From Candidatus Sabulitectum sp. (GTDB taxonomy: Bacteria > Fermentibacterota > Fermentibacteria > Fermentibacterales > JCC-6), in NCBI GenBank assembly GCA_023145375.1, contig JAGLDY010000015.1:10007-74006 (forward strand): a stretch of 64,000 bases of DNA, read 5' to 3'. Positions 1-10,234 of this stretch are shown piece after piece. The position numbers and the translations under genes are program-made. The notes below the pieces were generated by a model that saw nothing but the letters and a program-made list of their open reading frames with translations, was not told where the DNA came from and ran no database searches. Position 1 is the stretch's first letter; each line of letters starts with the position of its first letter.

Positions 1-2595
1 CTGGCAATGAAGTGCCTTGCCGGGTTCAGATTGCCATAACTATCCGGGAGGGTTTTGTATTCAGCAACCTCCATCTCATGGGTACTCGATTTGAAATGAC
101 CACAAGCAATACCCAAGTCGGTAAAGAATGGAATTTGCACAAGATCAGATTCTGAGGTCTCAATGAAATGTGGCCTGTCTGCTTGAGCTTTTCTCGCATT
201 GTATTGCTCATAACGATAGTTGACAAGCTCCATAACCATCTGTTCTACGGGGCTATCTACAACAGAAACAATATCAGCCTTGAAAACAAACCGATCATCA
301 ATCACCTCGAATTGCGCTCTGTTAGCAGTGGCATTGCCTCCAACCCATGCATTGATGGGATTACCCTTCCAGTAAGTAATCCACCTCTTCTCAATAGCAG
401 AATAGTCCTCAAATGGAACCTTGAATTTCTCTGGCAAATCTCCCTGGCACTTTTTCCTTCGTGTCATTACCTTAAATGAACGTCTAGCAAGATCGGTAAT
501 AGTGGGAGCAGTAGAGAAGCCATCCAGATCAAGTAATGCTTCAAGAAGAATCATCTTGAATGATTTTACCATTGAAGTAGATTCTACCTCGGCAAGAAAG
601 TCACCGTAAGAATTAAGTGAATCTATTTCACCGGTACCAATATCCTTCTGTGATTCCAGGAACTTGAACCATTGTCCGTGTTCTCTTCTAATTGCAGGGA
701 TGCCCCCGCCGGCAATATAGAATTCAGATAGTGTTGGCCTACGCCCAAATGAAGTTTTGAGAGATTGGTAGAAGTCGGTTTGCATATCTGTTCTTGTTTT
801 AAGAAGCCCTCTCAGAAATTCAATTGTTTCCAGATCGTAATTTAGGAAACAACCAGGAGGTAGCATTACCTTTTTCTCTTCAATCATCTTCAAGAATTTT
901 CTTCTCGCCTGATTGGTTTTCTCTAGTTTGAACATAGCTTCAAATTTCTTAAAGAAACTCAGATGATTCCCGATGAAATCAAGCACTACTAAGTGGTTCT
1001 TTCCTACATTGGTTCGAAGACCACGACCCAACTGTTGTAGGAAAAGAATCTTTGATTCCGTGGGTCTAATCATCAATACCGTATCAATTTCTGGTAAGTC
1101 AACACCCTCATTGAAAAGGTCAACTGAAAACAGAACTTCAATTCTCCCGTCCCGGAGCATCTGCAAAGCTTCGTTCCGTCTTACACTTGATTTGCTATGA
1201 ACGGAGCTAGCTGAAATGCCATTCTGTGAAAAAAACTCAGCCATGAAATCAGAATGCTTTGTTGAAACACAAAAGGCCAGTGTTTTTGCCTGCTTCTTCT
1301 CTTTCCAAACCCGAAGAATGTGATTTGCTCTGGCTACTGTTGCCAGTTTGTTGTCAAGTTTTTCGGGATCAAACTTTCCATTTCGCCATGGAATTTCTTG
1401 GTAATCAACACTACTATCAGCAATACCATTGTAGTGAAAGGGGCAGAGCAAATGCATTCTTATGGAGTCAAAGAGATCATTTTGAATTACCAAATTGTTA
1501 TCACAGAGAGAAAGAATGTCTGCCTGGTCAGTTCTGTCGGGAGTGGCAGTAAGCCCCAGTAAGAATCGAGGTGAAAAGTGAGCCAACAGTTTCTGGTATG
1601 TTCTTGCAGCAGCGTGGTGGAACTCATCAACCACTATGTAGTCAAAGTAATCCTCTGGGAATTTCCTCAGATGATTCATCTTACCAATGGTCTGTATCGA
1701 GGCGAACAACAGATCAGCATCTATGTCTTTGCTTTTCGCAGTGTATTTACCAACACTTGCTGTGGGACGAATGCGAATAAATGTATCCTCTGCTTGTTTA
1801 AGAATCTCTTCTCTGTGGGCTACAAACAATATTCGTTTGGCATTCACTGCTTTAGAATCGAAAGCCGCCAACCAGGTTTTTCCAGTACCGGTTGCCATAA
1901 CAACTAAACCTCGCTCATTGCCAGCAGCCCTTGTTTCTGCGAGTAGCTTCAAAGCTATTACTTGAATATGGTTTGCCTCTGGAGTAACACTCTTCTCATC
2001 CGCGCCTGGCTGAGTTTGGAAAGCTACTCTTCCTTGCGGTCTACGCGCTGCATAGGCTTCAATCCAGGCATTTGTAATCTCTTTTGTTTTGCTGTGATTG
2101 AATATCTGATCAAATTGGTATCTGAGTTCTTCGAACCTCTTGGGATTTTCTTTCCAGTCTACCCGGAGATTCCACTCAAAACCATGAGTCAAAGCAGATT
2201 TACTAATGTTGCTTGACCCAATGAAGGCACGCCCATCAATAAGAACATCATTCTCAGTTCGAACGAAGAGATATGCCTTCATATGAAAGCTGTGACCCTT
2301 GCTCTCGAAGATTCTTGATTCTGCTCCATTTTCTTGCAGCACAAGCAGAGTACGCAAAGCTTCAGGATCTGTAACACATAGGTAGTCCCCTGTGAGGATT
2401 CGTACTTTTGTTCCTGCTTCAAGAGCATCAAGTAATGCATCAAATAGGAGTCGTATGCCTGGAGACATCACAAACCCCACTGCAATATCTATTTCAGTAG
2501 CATGATTGATTGTCTGTAAAAGCTTTGGTAGAAACGGATCTTTTTTGCCACCAGCAGTAAGATGATCCTTAATATATGGAAATTGTTTACTCATA
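1..2595 (-). CDS. PLD-family (HKD) nuclease fused to an SF2 DExH helicase with a C-terminal DUF3427-like region. The 3' end runs off the window start.
   Basis: Translating the minus strand from the ATG (complement of cat 2593-2595) gives MSKQFPYIKDHLTAGGKKDPFL... The protein has an HKD motif (SFHMKAYLFVRTENDVLIDGRAFIGSSN), Walker A (VVMATGTGKTW), DEFH (VVDEFHHAAA), TAT (LGLTATPDR) and motif VI (QQLGRGLR). It is absent from the ORF track because there is no in-window stop. Confidence 0.8.
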
Positions 2596-2971
2596 CAGCA
2601 GTCCCACCAGAGAACAAATTTATCACTTTCTCAGCAAGTGGTACATCAGCAGGAGCAAGGTCCCAATCAAGCAAAGAATCAACAGGAACCCACTCAACAC
2701 GATCATGAACTGTAGGGGTAAGGGATCCATTCACAATCTTAGCCTCCAATAGAACCAGTGTTACAGAGAACCCATCATAGTGATGCGTGTTCTCTGCAAC
2801 CAGAGCACCTACCTCAGTAGTGATCCCAAGCTCCTCAAGCAACTCCCGCTGAAGGCAATCGCAATCGCTTTCACCTTCTTCAACCTTGCCACCGGGGAAT
2901 TCCCAGTAACCGGAGAGCTTTTGATCAGGAGCTCTGCGACAGAGAAGGACTCGGTCAGTATTCTCAATCAA
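2591..2971 (-). CDS. NUDIX hydrolase (MutT-like)
   Basis: The Nudix box GGKVEEGESDCDCLQRELLEELGI is present. The stop overlaps the downstream helicase start in an ATGA overlap, so the two are translationally coupled. Confidence 0.85.
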   Translation of the reverse strand: MIENTDRVLLCRRAPDQKLSGYWEFPGGKVEEGESDCDCLQRELLEELGITTEVGALVAENTHHYDGFSVTLVLLEAKIVNGSLTPTVHDRVEWVPVDSLLDWDLAPADVPLAEKVINLFSGGTAV

Positions 2972-2979
2972 GGCTGCTG

Positions 2980-3414
2980 TTACTCGTATGGGGATAGTTC
3001 AGCCTCATTCCTAAAAGATTGTGCAGGAAAAATTAGATTATCCTTTAAAAACCTCTGTAGCATGCCAATCAAGATGCTCTTTATTTGGGCGCCATGGCTC
3101 ATCGCTTGGAGTCGCAATTTTTCCACCATTGTGTCGAAACTTGAAGCGCCGTTCATTTTACTAAAGCAATCCCACGCCAACCATGCAGGAAGGCTCTCGT
3201 ATCTCTGGAAGAAACCGAATCCTGCAATCGCCTTTTGAGGAGCACGTAGTTTAAAGAAAAATATGTCACCAGGTTTCAGCGCACGAAAGGCTCTATTTCC
3301 ATGAGGTTGCCAGAAGTTAACTTCATCAACTTTTGGGTAATTCCGTAAAAATGAGTACCAATTAGGATCTGTGAGACCAACATAGCCTTTCTGGATGTTC
3401 AACACAGTTTCCAA
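2980..3414 (-). CDS. Hypothetical 144-aa protein, possibly a PUA-like (EVE-like) fold
   Basis: It is the first gene of the operon and lies 8 nt upstream of the NUDIX gene. The segment NRAFRALKPGDIFFFKLRAPQKAIAGFG weakly resembles the GDxxFFY...IAG core of EVE/PUA-like domains. The fold assignment is uncertain. Confidence 0.45.
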   Translation of the reverse strand: METVLNIQKGYVGLTDPNWYSFLRNYPKVDEVNFWQPHGNRAFRALKPGDIFFFKLRAPQKAIAGFGFFQRYESLPAWLAWDCFSKMNGASSFDTMVEKLRLQAMSHGAQIKSILIGMLQRFLKDNLIFPAQSFRNEAELSPYE

Positions 3415-3500
3415 TCTCGGTTAGTCTTACAAGCTAGCACGAGCACAACCAAATTATTCTATTCGTACTTTGACCCATTGTCCAGAGCTTCATCTCTGCG

Positions 3501-6500
3501 TTAAAAGAGGAGTTTCTTCAGGTCTTCGAAGGTTTCGGTTATGGGTGACTTGAGAATAGCTTCACGGTAGTGGTCGTTCTCAACGCTGTTGATGTGGTTT
3601 TGGAATAGGGTTTCAGCTCTTTCGAAAACTTCTGTGCTTTCTGCCTTCTTGTTCTGATGGAAGAGGCATTCTGCCAGGGTGGTTAGTATCTCGATGTCCT
3701 GGATTGAAGGGACTTCGTCTATTATGGCTGCAGCTGTTTTCAGCGTTTCTTCGGCTTCTTTAAGTGCTATGGTTTTATTGATGTTCGGGTTATTCAGCCG
3801 CTCAATACCCCTGAAGCCCAGTAGCAGTCTTTTTGTAGTGGTGTCTGCATTTTCAATCTCTTCACCGTTTTCAAGTTCCGTGAGTACTGCGTCTGCCTGC
3901 TGGAATTCATTGCTGGTGAGCAGCAGACCGGCAAAGTCAATTCTTGTGCTGAGAGCCATATTGCTGAGTCCCAGCTCATCTGCAAGGTCAATTGCCGTTG
4001 TGAGGTGTTTTTTTGCATTGCTGTAGTTCTTCTCTTGTTTTTCCAGCAGTCCCAGATAGTAGTTTGCCCAGACAGAGGCTGATCTGAAGCCGGTGGTCTC
4101 CACAAGTTTCAGGCTGCGTTCCAGGTAGTCTCTGGCAAGGCTGTACTGCATGGCGGCGTGGTATGTCTCACCCAGATTTATGTAAGCAACAAGGGTTGCG
4201 TGGGTATCACCCACCTGTATTAATACTTTAAGGCCATCGTTGAGGATGTTTATCCTCTGTTCATACTTGCTGGTCAGTCGGAGAGTTACAGCGGTGTTTA
4301 GAAGAGCTTTGGCTTCGCCAAGCTTGTCGGAGAGCTCCCTGTAAAGGACAACTGCCTTGAGGCATGCTTCAGTGTTCTCCGGCTGGGGTCTTCTGTTCTG
4401 TGCGATAAGACCCAGTGTCATGTAGTAATCTGCAAGCAGTTCTTTCCTGAGGTTGTCTTCTGTGATTGCATGTATCTCGGGGAGGATGCTTTCCAGGAGA
4501 TCCAGACTTTTTGTCTCCGTGTCCAGCAGATCCAGGAAGTGAGCCATCTGGATGTGCGCTTGTATTCTTCTTTTCCCGGAGGGCAGAAGATCAATGACTG
4601 ATTTGTACAGGTTGAAAGATTTACTGAAATCACCTCTTTTAGAGTACATCATTGCTTCCTGAAATTGGATGTCAGCCAGTTGTTTGTCATCGGTGGCAAG
4701 TGTCTCAGCAGCTTTAAGAACCTCCGAGGCTTCATCGTACTTGCCGAAGAGGCTGTACAGCGTGCCCAGGTCCAGCCTTGCCTTGTAAGCTTCTCCTTTA
4801 TCTTCTTTTGAGAGATCATCAAAGAGCATGTACTGCTTCAACCAGCGAAAAGCTTCTTGCGCAGCGCCCTTTTCCATAGTCTGTGCAGCGGCCAGAAGTG
4901 CAAAGTGTCTGGCTTTCCTGGAGTTCAGGCTGTCACAGTAATGGTGGGCGGCAAGAGGGACAACTGTTTCATCTCCGCTGTTTTGGTTTTGCTCATAGAA
5001 CTGGCCGAATCGGGATTGAAGCGCTTTGCGGATTCCCAGAGAGAGCTCCTGGTACAGGTAGGTACGCATGGTGTCGTGGATGAACTGGTATTTTAGAATA
5101 CTTGATTCTTCAAGTCTTTCATGTATCAGTCCTCTTCTCAGAGGTTCTTCAAGAGTTCTTGCCAATTCCAGCTCATCTCTGCGGAGCACTGCACTTATCG
5201 GTTCCAGCGAGAATGAACCACCGGGCATCATTGAGCCTGCGCAGAGAACTTCTTTTTCCTGGTCGGTGAGCTCTTTAAGCCTTTCTTCCATAAGTACCGA
5301 TATTGAATCAGGCAAAGACATGTCATCTGCTATCTGATAAGTCCATCCTCCTTTTGCTGCCGGTTCAATTGCTCCTTTATTCCTGAGGGAAAGTAAGAGT
5401 TCCTTAAGGTAGAGGGGATTACCACTGCATTGTTTTACAAGTTTTTGAAGAATGTCTTTGGGAATATTGGGGTCACGGAGGGCAAACAAGACCATGTGTC
5501 TGGTGTACTCTTCATTAAGAGCTTTAAGTTTTATTGATTTGTAGCGGGCAATACCGGAGAGCTCTTTCAATTTCTTCCTGATCTCCGGAAAGCTCTCTGT
5601 GGGAGCACGCATGGTTGCAAGGAAGAGAACCGGCAGATCTGTTGCTGCTCTGATCAGATAGGCAAGCAGATCAAAGTCATGCTCTGATATCCAGTGAAGG
5701 TTGTCTGTGGTGAAAATTACAGGTTGCCTGGATGCTGTCCATTGCAGGATCTGTGAGATCTCTGAATACATTCTCAATCTGAGTATGCTGTCTTTGTCGG
5801 TGGCAGGTGCAGGTGCTGTTCTCAGATTCAAATTGTTGAACAATTCCTGAGTTTGAGGCAGAATGGCAGGTAGTGTATTCTGCAGATCTGTCAGATCATC
5901 CGCCGGCAGTGTGTTGAGGTAGTCTGTTATCGGGTCGGATATGAGCAGATAGGGCCTGTCTGCGCCAAGCTCGTCGCATCTGGTCTTTATTATTATGCAG
6001 TTCTTGAAACTTGAATAGTGTTCAAGCTCATTCGTCAGTCTGGTTTTCCCCACTCCCGGTTCACCGGAGATAACAACAAAGTGACTTTTGCCGCAGGTTG
6101 TGTTGTTCAGGGCATTTCGCAGCTCAGTGAGTTCTTCACCTCTGCCCACAAAATGCTCGAATGTGATCTCCTTTTCTGTTTCTTCTTTTTGATGATCTTC
6201 GTAGAAGGAGACCCGCCCAAGCCCGCCCTTCTTCGCCTGGTAGAGAGCCTTGTCTGCCCGTTCCAGAATATCCGCAAGATGGTGGTCCTCCGGCTTGCTC
6301 TCCGCTACTCCTATGGAAAGGCCAATTTTCATTCCTTCAGAGAATACTTCCCGTTCAAGGGCCTGCAGTATCCGCTCTCCCTGGTTGACGGCTTTAAGGA
6401 GCTCAGTTTCAGGCATCACAATCACAAATTCATCTCCACCGTAGCGGATAAGAGTATCTGTGCCTCTTTTGTTCCTGGAAAGAATATTGGCAACTCTTCT

Positions 6501-6679
6501 GATAACGCTGTCACCCTCAAGGTGTCCGAATACATCGTTAACCAGCTTGAAGTGATCAATGTCTATTATTGTGAGAGACCATGTCTCATCGATTATGTCT
6601 GAGACCGGTTGTCCAGTTCATCCATAATGTCCCGGGTGTGGAGGCCGGTGAGATGGTCCAGTTTTGTCTTGTTTGTCAT
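3501..6679 (-). pseudogene. GGDEF-STAND NTPase-TPR paralog 1. Its N-terminal GGDEF domain is split by a -1 frameshift near 6599. The intact ORF 3501..6425 encodes the C-terminal part of GGDEF plus the NTPase and TPR.
   Basis: ATG at 6679 gives MTNKTKLDHLTGLHTRDIMDELDNRSQT, then a stop. The next frame continues IIDETWSLTIIDIDHFKLVNDVFGHLEGDSVIRRVANILSRNKRGTDTLIRYGGDEFVIVMPETE, which is collinear with paralog 2. The long ORF carries ISGEPGVGKTRL, NLHWISEHD, GNPLYLKELL and TPR-like repeats. Confidence 0.6.
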
Positions 6680-6705
6680 ATACCTTCCCTCAAAAGATAA
6701 CCCGA

Positions 6706-6734
6706 AAGATATTCCCTCGTGGGGTGGTACGCAA
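6706..6734 (-). promoter_or_regulatory. Promoter-like element of the form TTGCGT-N17-TATCTT upstream of paralog 1. It is conserved in all three paralogs.
   Basis: In gene orientation the sequence is CCATTGCGTACC..GGGAATATCTTT. The same TTGCRY-17 nt-TATCTT spacing occurs upstream of paralogs 2 and 3. Confidence 0.45.
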
Positions 6735-6888
6735 TGGAGGTATTACCGGGTTCACTGAATATTCTGATTCAGCAGCTTAATACGCGCAAATCCCCAGTTG
6801 AACTTTGGATATACACAGAAAAGCAATGCGGAACGTCTGAAAGCCTCTTTGATGTTTTCTTTGGAGCTGCTTGTTTGCTATGCTTCTT

Positions 6889-9800
6889 TTACTGCTTCAG
6901 GAGTTCGCGGAGCTCTTCAAAAGTAGTGAAGATGGGTGACTGTAAAATGGTTTCGCGGTAATGGTCGTTCTCTATTTTGTTAATGGTGTTGTTCATAAGG
7001 GTATCAGCTTGTTTGAAGGTTCTGATACTTTCTTCCACTTTGTTTTGTTTGTGCAGGCATTCAGCTAAAGTAGTCAGGAATTCCAGTTGAAGAAGGGTTG
7101 GCTCATCATCCAGATCTGTGGTTGCGGCTCTTAGTTTATCTTCAGCTTCTTTCAGAGCCCGGGGTCTTTCAAGAGCCGGATTGTTCATCCTCTCAATACC
7201 TCTAAGACCAAAAAGCAGTTTTTTCTGTGAGGGATCTATTTTATCTAAGCCATGATCGGTTTCCAGGCTGGTGAGATCAATATCCGCCTGCTCGTACTCA
7301 TCGTTCTTTATGAGTATTCCCACATAGGATATTCTTGTGGTAAATGCCATGTAGTTCATACCCAGTTCTTCTGCAAGGGTAATTGCTGTGGTGAGCCGCT
7401 TCTTGGCATTGTTGAATTTGCCTTCTTCTTTGTCCACCAGCCCCAGGTAGTAGTTTGCCCATATGGAAGCCGGTCTGTAGCCGGCGGACTCTACAAGCCT
7501 AAGGCCCCGTTCAAAGTAGTCTCTTGACAGGTCGTGCTGCATAGCGCCGTAGTACGTCTCACCCAGGTTGATGTAAGCCACGAGGATCGAATGGGCATCA
7601 CCCACTTGAATAAGTGCTTTAAGACCCTGGTTAAGGGCGTCGATCCTCTGTTCAAATTTATTGGTCAGACGCAGAGAAATGGCAGTGCTGAGAAGAGCTT
7701 TTGCTTCCCCGACCTTATCGGAAAGCTCCCTGTACAGGGCAACCGATTTCCTGCAGGCTTCTGTGTTCTCAGGCTGAGGTCTTCCCTCCCGTGCGAGGAG
7801 AGCAAATTTCATGTAGTAGTCTGCAAGAAGCTCTTTCTTGAGGCTTTCCTCATTGATACTCTGGATATCAGGGAGTACGCTTTCAAGCTCATCAAGGCCG
7901 GTACCGCCTGTGCCAATCAGGTCCTGATAGTGAGCGATCTGAATCTTAGACAGTATACTGACCCTGCCAACCGGCAACAGATCAATTGCTGACCTGTACA
8001 AGGTACATGCCTCTTCGTAGTCTCCTCTTTTGGAACACATTTCCGCTTCCTGAAAGTGGACATTTCCCGTTTGCTCATCGCTGGTGGCCAGTGTTGATGC
8101 TGACTTAAGAGCTTCTGAGGCCTCATCGTATTTACCGTAAAAACTGTAGAGTGTGCCCAGTTTGATCCTGGCCAGAAAAGCCTCCTGCTTATCCTCTTTG
8201 GACAGATCAGCAAAACGCATGTAATGTTTCAGCCAGCGGAAGGATTCACTTATTGCACCTTTTGCCTTAGTGTGAGTTGCCGCCAGGAGTGCGAAATACC
8301 TGGCTTTACCAGAATCCAGGCTGTCACAGTAGTGGTGGGCAGTAAGAGGAATAACCGTTTCGTCCCCTTTGTTGTACATGTTCTCGTAGAAGAGTCCGTA
8401 CCGGGACTGAAGCGATTTGCGGACTCCCATAGAGAGTTCCTGATAGAGAAATGTACGCATGGTATCGTGGATGAACTGGTATTTCAGGATATTGAATGCT
8501 GATAGTTTCTCTGTAATAATTCCCATTCTCAGAGGTGCTGCAAGGGCCTTTGCAACTGCCAGTGGGTCCAGATCGAGCACTGCACAGACAGGTTTCAGCA
8601 TAAATGAGCCACCGGGCATCATGGAGCCGGTACAGAGAATTTCCTTTTCAGAACCGGTGAGTTTTTTTACCCGCTCTGCCATAAGTGCTGATACTGAATC
8701 AGGTAAAGGCATATCATCGGTTATCTTGTAAGCCCATCCACCACTTGCTACCGATTCTATTGCCCCGGTACTGTGCAAAGTTATTAGAAGCTCTTTGAGG
8801 TACAACGGGTTACCGCTGCATTGCTTGACCAGTCTTTTTAGAATATCTCCCGGGATCTTCGGGTCACGGAGAGCAAACATGACCATGTGTCTGATGTATT
8901 CTTCGTCAAGAGCGGAGAGTTTGAGTTCAGTGAGCTTTATGATGCTTGAGAGGATCTTGAGCTTCTTCTCTATCTCAGGAAAGTTCTTTGTGGGAGCCCG
9001 CATGGTCGCAATGAACAGAATTGATAGAGTTCCTGATGCTCTGGCCAGGTACGCCAGCAGATCGTAGTCATGCTCTGATATCCAGTGAAGATTATCAACT
9101 GTTAGGATAACCGGCTGTCTGGAAGCTATCCATTCCAGTATCAGCCATATCTCTGAATACATTTTCAGCCGCAGTACGCTCTCTTTATCTGTTTCAGCCA
9201 TGGGTACTGTTCCCAGGTTCAGATCAGGGAACAGTTCTGCAGTCTGGGGAAGGAGACCGGGCAGTGAGTTCCTCAGGTCTGTGATATCATCGTCCGGCAG
9301 AGTCCTTAAATACTCGGAGATGGGGTAAGTAATGGTAAGGAATGGCCTTTCATTACCAAGCTCATCACATCTGGTTTGAAGAGACAGACAGTCCTTGAAG
9401 CTGGAGTAGTGCTCAAGCTCATTCGCCAGTCTGGTCTTGCCTATCCCCGGTGCACCGGAAATAAGAATAAAATTACCAATACCGTTCACTGTGTTGTTCA
9501 GTGTGTCACGAAGCTCGGAGAGTTCGTCAATTCTTCCTACGAAATGTTCAAAAGTTATCTTGTTGTCAGAGTCGATCTCTGAGAGTTCCTGATGGAATGA
9601 GACTCTGCCTCTGCCACTCTTTTTTGCTTCATAAAGAGCTTTGTCTGCCCTTCCCAGTATGTCTGCAAGAAGGTTGTCTGTGGGCCTGCTCTCAGCAACA
9701 CCGATGGAGATCCCGATTTCCATTCCGTCCGGAAAGACCTCCCGTGCAAGACACTGCAGAATTCTCTCTCCATGGTTAACTGCTTGAAGCTGCTCGGTGC

Positions 9801-10074
9801 CGGGCATGATTATCACAAATTCATCCCCGCCGTATCTGATAAGGGTATCTGTATTTCTTCTGTTTCTGGACAGGATATTTGCAACCATCCTGATAACTTT
9901 GTCACCCTCAAGATGGCCAAATACATCGTTCACAAGCTTGAAATGATCGATATCAATGATCGCAATGGACCAGATATCTGCCCCTGCAGCTTCAGAGAAC
10001 CGGGAATCCAGTTCATTCATGATGCCCCGTGTGTATAGACCGGTCAGATCGTCCAGTTTGTTCTTGCTTGTCAT
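6889..10074 (-). CDS. GGDEF diguanylate cyclase-like domain, STAND/AAA_16 P-loop NTPase and TPR repeats, paralog 2 (intact, 1061 aa)
   Basis: The GGDEF domain has an RxxD I-site (RRNTDTLIRYGGDEF), followed by ADKALYEAK and FEHFVGR. The NTPase has Walker A ISGAPGIGKTRL and Walker B-like ILTVDNLHWISEHD, followed by GNPLYLKELL and a C-terminal TPR-like helical region. An RBS (GGGAGG) precedes the ATG at 10074. Confidence 0.85.
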   Translation of the reverse strand: MTSKNKLDDLTGLYTRGIMNELDSRFSEAAGADIWSIAIIDIDHFKLVNDVFGHLEGDKVIRMVANILSRNRRNTDTLIRYGGDEFVIIMPGTEQLQAVNHGERILQCLAREVFPDGMEIGISIGVAESRPTDNLLADILGRADKALYEAKKSGRGRVSFHQELSEIDSDNKITFEHFVGRIDELSELRDTLNNTVNGIGNFILISGAPGIGKTRLANELEHYSSFKDCLSLQTRCDELGNERPFLTITYPISEYLRTLPDDDITDLRNSLPGLLPQTAELFPDLNLGTVPMAETDKESVLRLKMYSEIWLILEWIASRQPVILTVDNLHWISEHDYDLLAYLARASGTLSILFIATMRAPTKNFPEIEKKLKILSSIIKLTELKLSALDEEYIRHMVMFALRDPKIPGDILKRLVKQCSGNPLYLKELLITLHSTGAIESVASGGWAYKITDDMPLPDSVSALMAERVKKLTGSEKEILCTGSMMPGGSFMLKPVCAVLDLDPLAVAKALAAPLRMGIITEKLSAFNILKYQFIHDTMRTFLYQELSMGVRKSLQSRYGLFYENMYNKGDETVIPLTAHHYCDSLDSGKARYFALLAATHTKAKGAISESFRWLKHYMRFADLSKEDKQEAFLARIKLGTLYSFYGKYDEASEALKSASTLATSDEQTGNVHFQEAEMCSKRGDYEEACTLYRSAIDLLPVGRVSILSKIQIAHYQDLIGTGGTGLDELESVLPDIQSINEESLKKELLADYYMKFALLAREGRPQPENTEACRKSVALYRELSDKVGEAKALLSTAISLRLTNKFEQRIDALNQGLKALIQVGDAHSILVAYINLGETYYGAMQHDLSRDYFERGLRLVESAGYRPASIWANYYLGLVDKEEGKFNNAKKRLTTAITLAEELGMNYMAFTTRISYVGILIKNDEYEQADIDLTSLETDHGLDKIDPSQKKLLFGLRGIERMNNPALERPRALKEAEDKLRAATTDLDDEPTLLQLEFLTTLAECLHKQNKVEESIRTFKQADTLMNNTINKIENDHYRETILQSPIFTTFEELRELLKQ

Positions 10075-10100
10075 ACACCTCCCTTTCAGGGCTGACCTAA

Positions 10101-10129
10101 AAGATATTCTCTAAAGGTGCGGTGCGCAA
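10101..10129 (-). promoter_or_regulatory. Promoter-like TTGCGC-N17-TATCTT element upstream of paralog 2
   Basis: On the plus strand, aagata lies at 10101-10106 and gcgcaa at 10124-10129. Both are conserved with the sites upstream of paralogs 1 and 3. Confidence 0.45.
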
Positions 10130-10234
10130 TGGATGCGTTGCTCCTCTCTGGTATTATGGTGTCTGCATGAAACAGATGTTGGTTATAGTAGAACCTTGGG
10201 AAACTCTGTCTATACTGCTTCCGGGAGAAGTTAA

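Noticed and set aside
168-2216. Multiple plus-strand ORFs of 60-110 aa in the first 2.2 kb
   Set aside because: They are antisense to the continuous minus-strand reading frame encoding the PLD-helicase, which carries clear HKD and helicase motifs. They have low-complexity sequences and no motifs.
4857-5337. Pairs of plus-strand ORFs (4857..5337 and 8224..8731) with similar sequences, for example MVSWMNWYFRIL
   Set aside because: Their similarity is a by-product of the duplicated GGDEF-STAND paralogs on the opposite strand. They are antisense frames, not independent conserved genes.
6018-6602. Plus-strand 194-aa ORF
   Set aside because: It is antisense to the NTPase and GGDEF region of paralog 1 and has no motifs.
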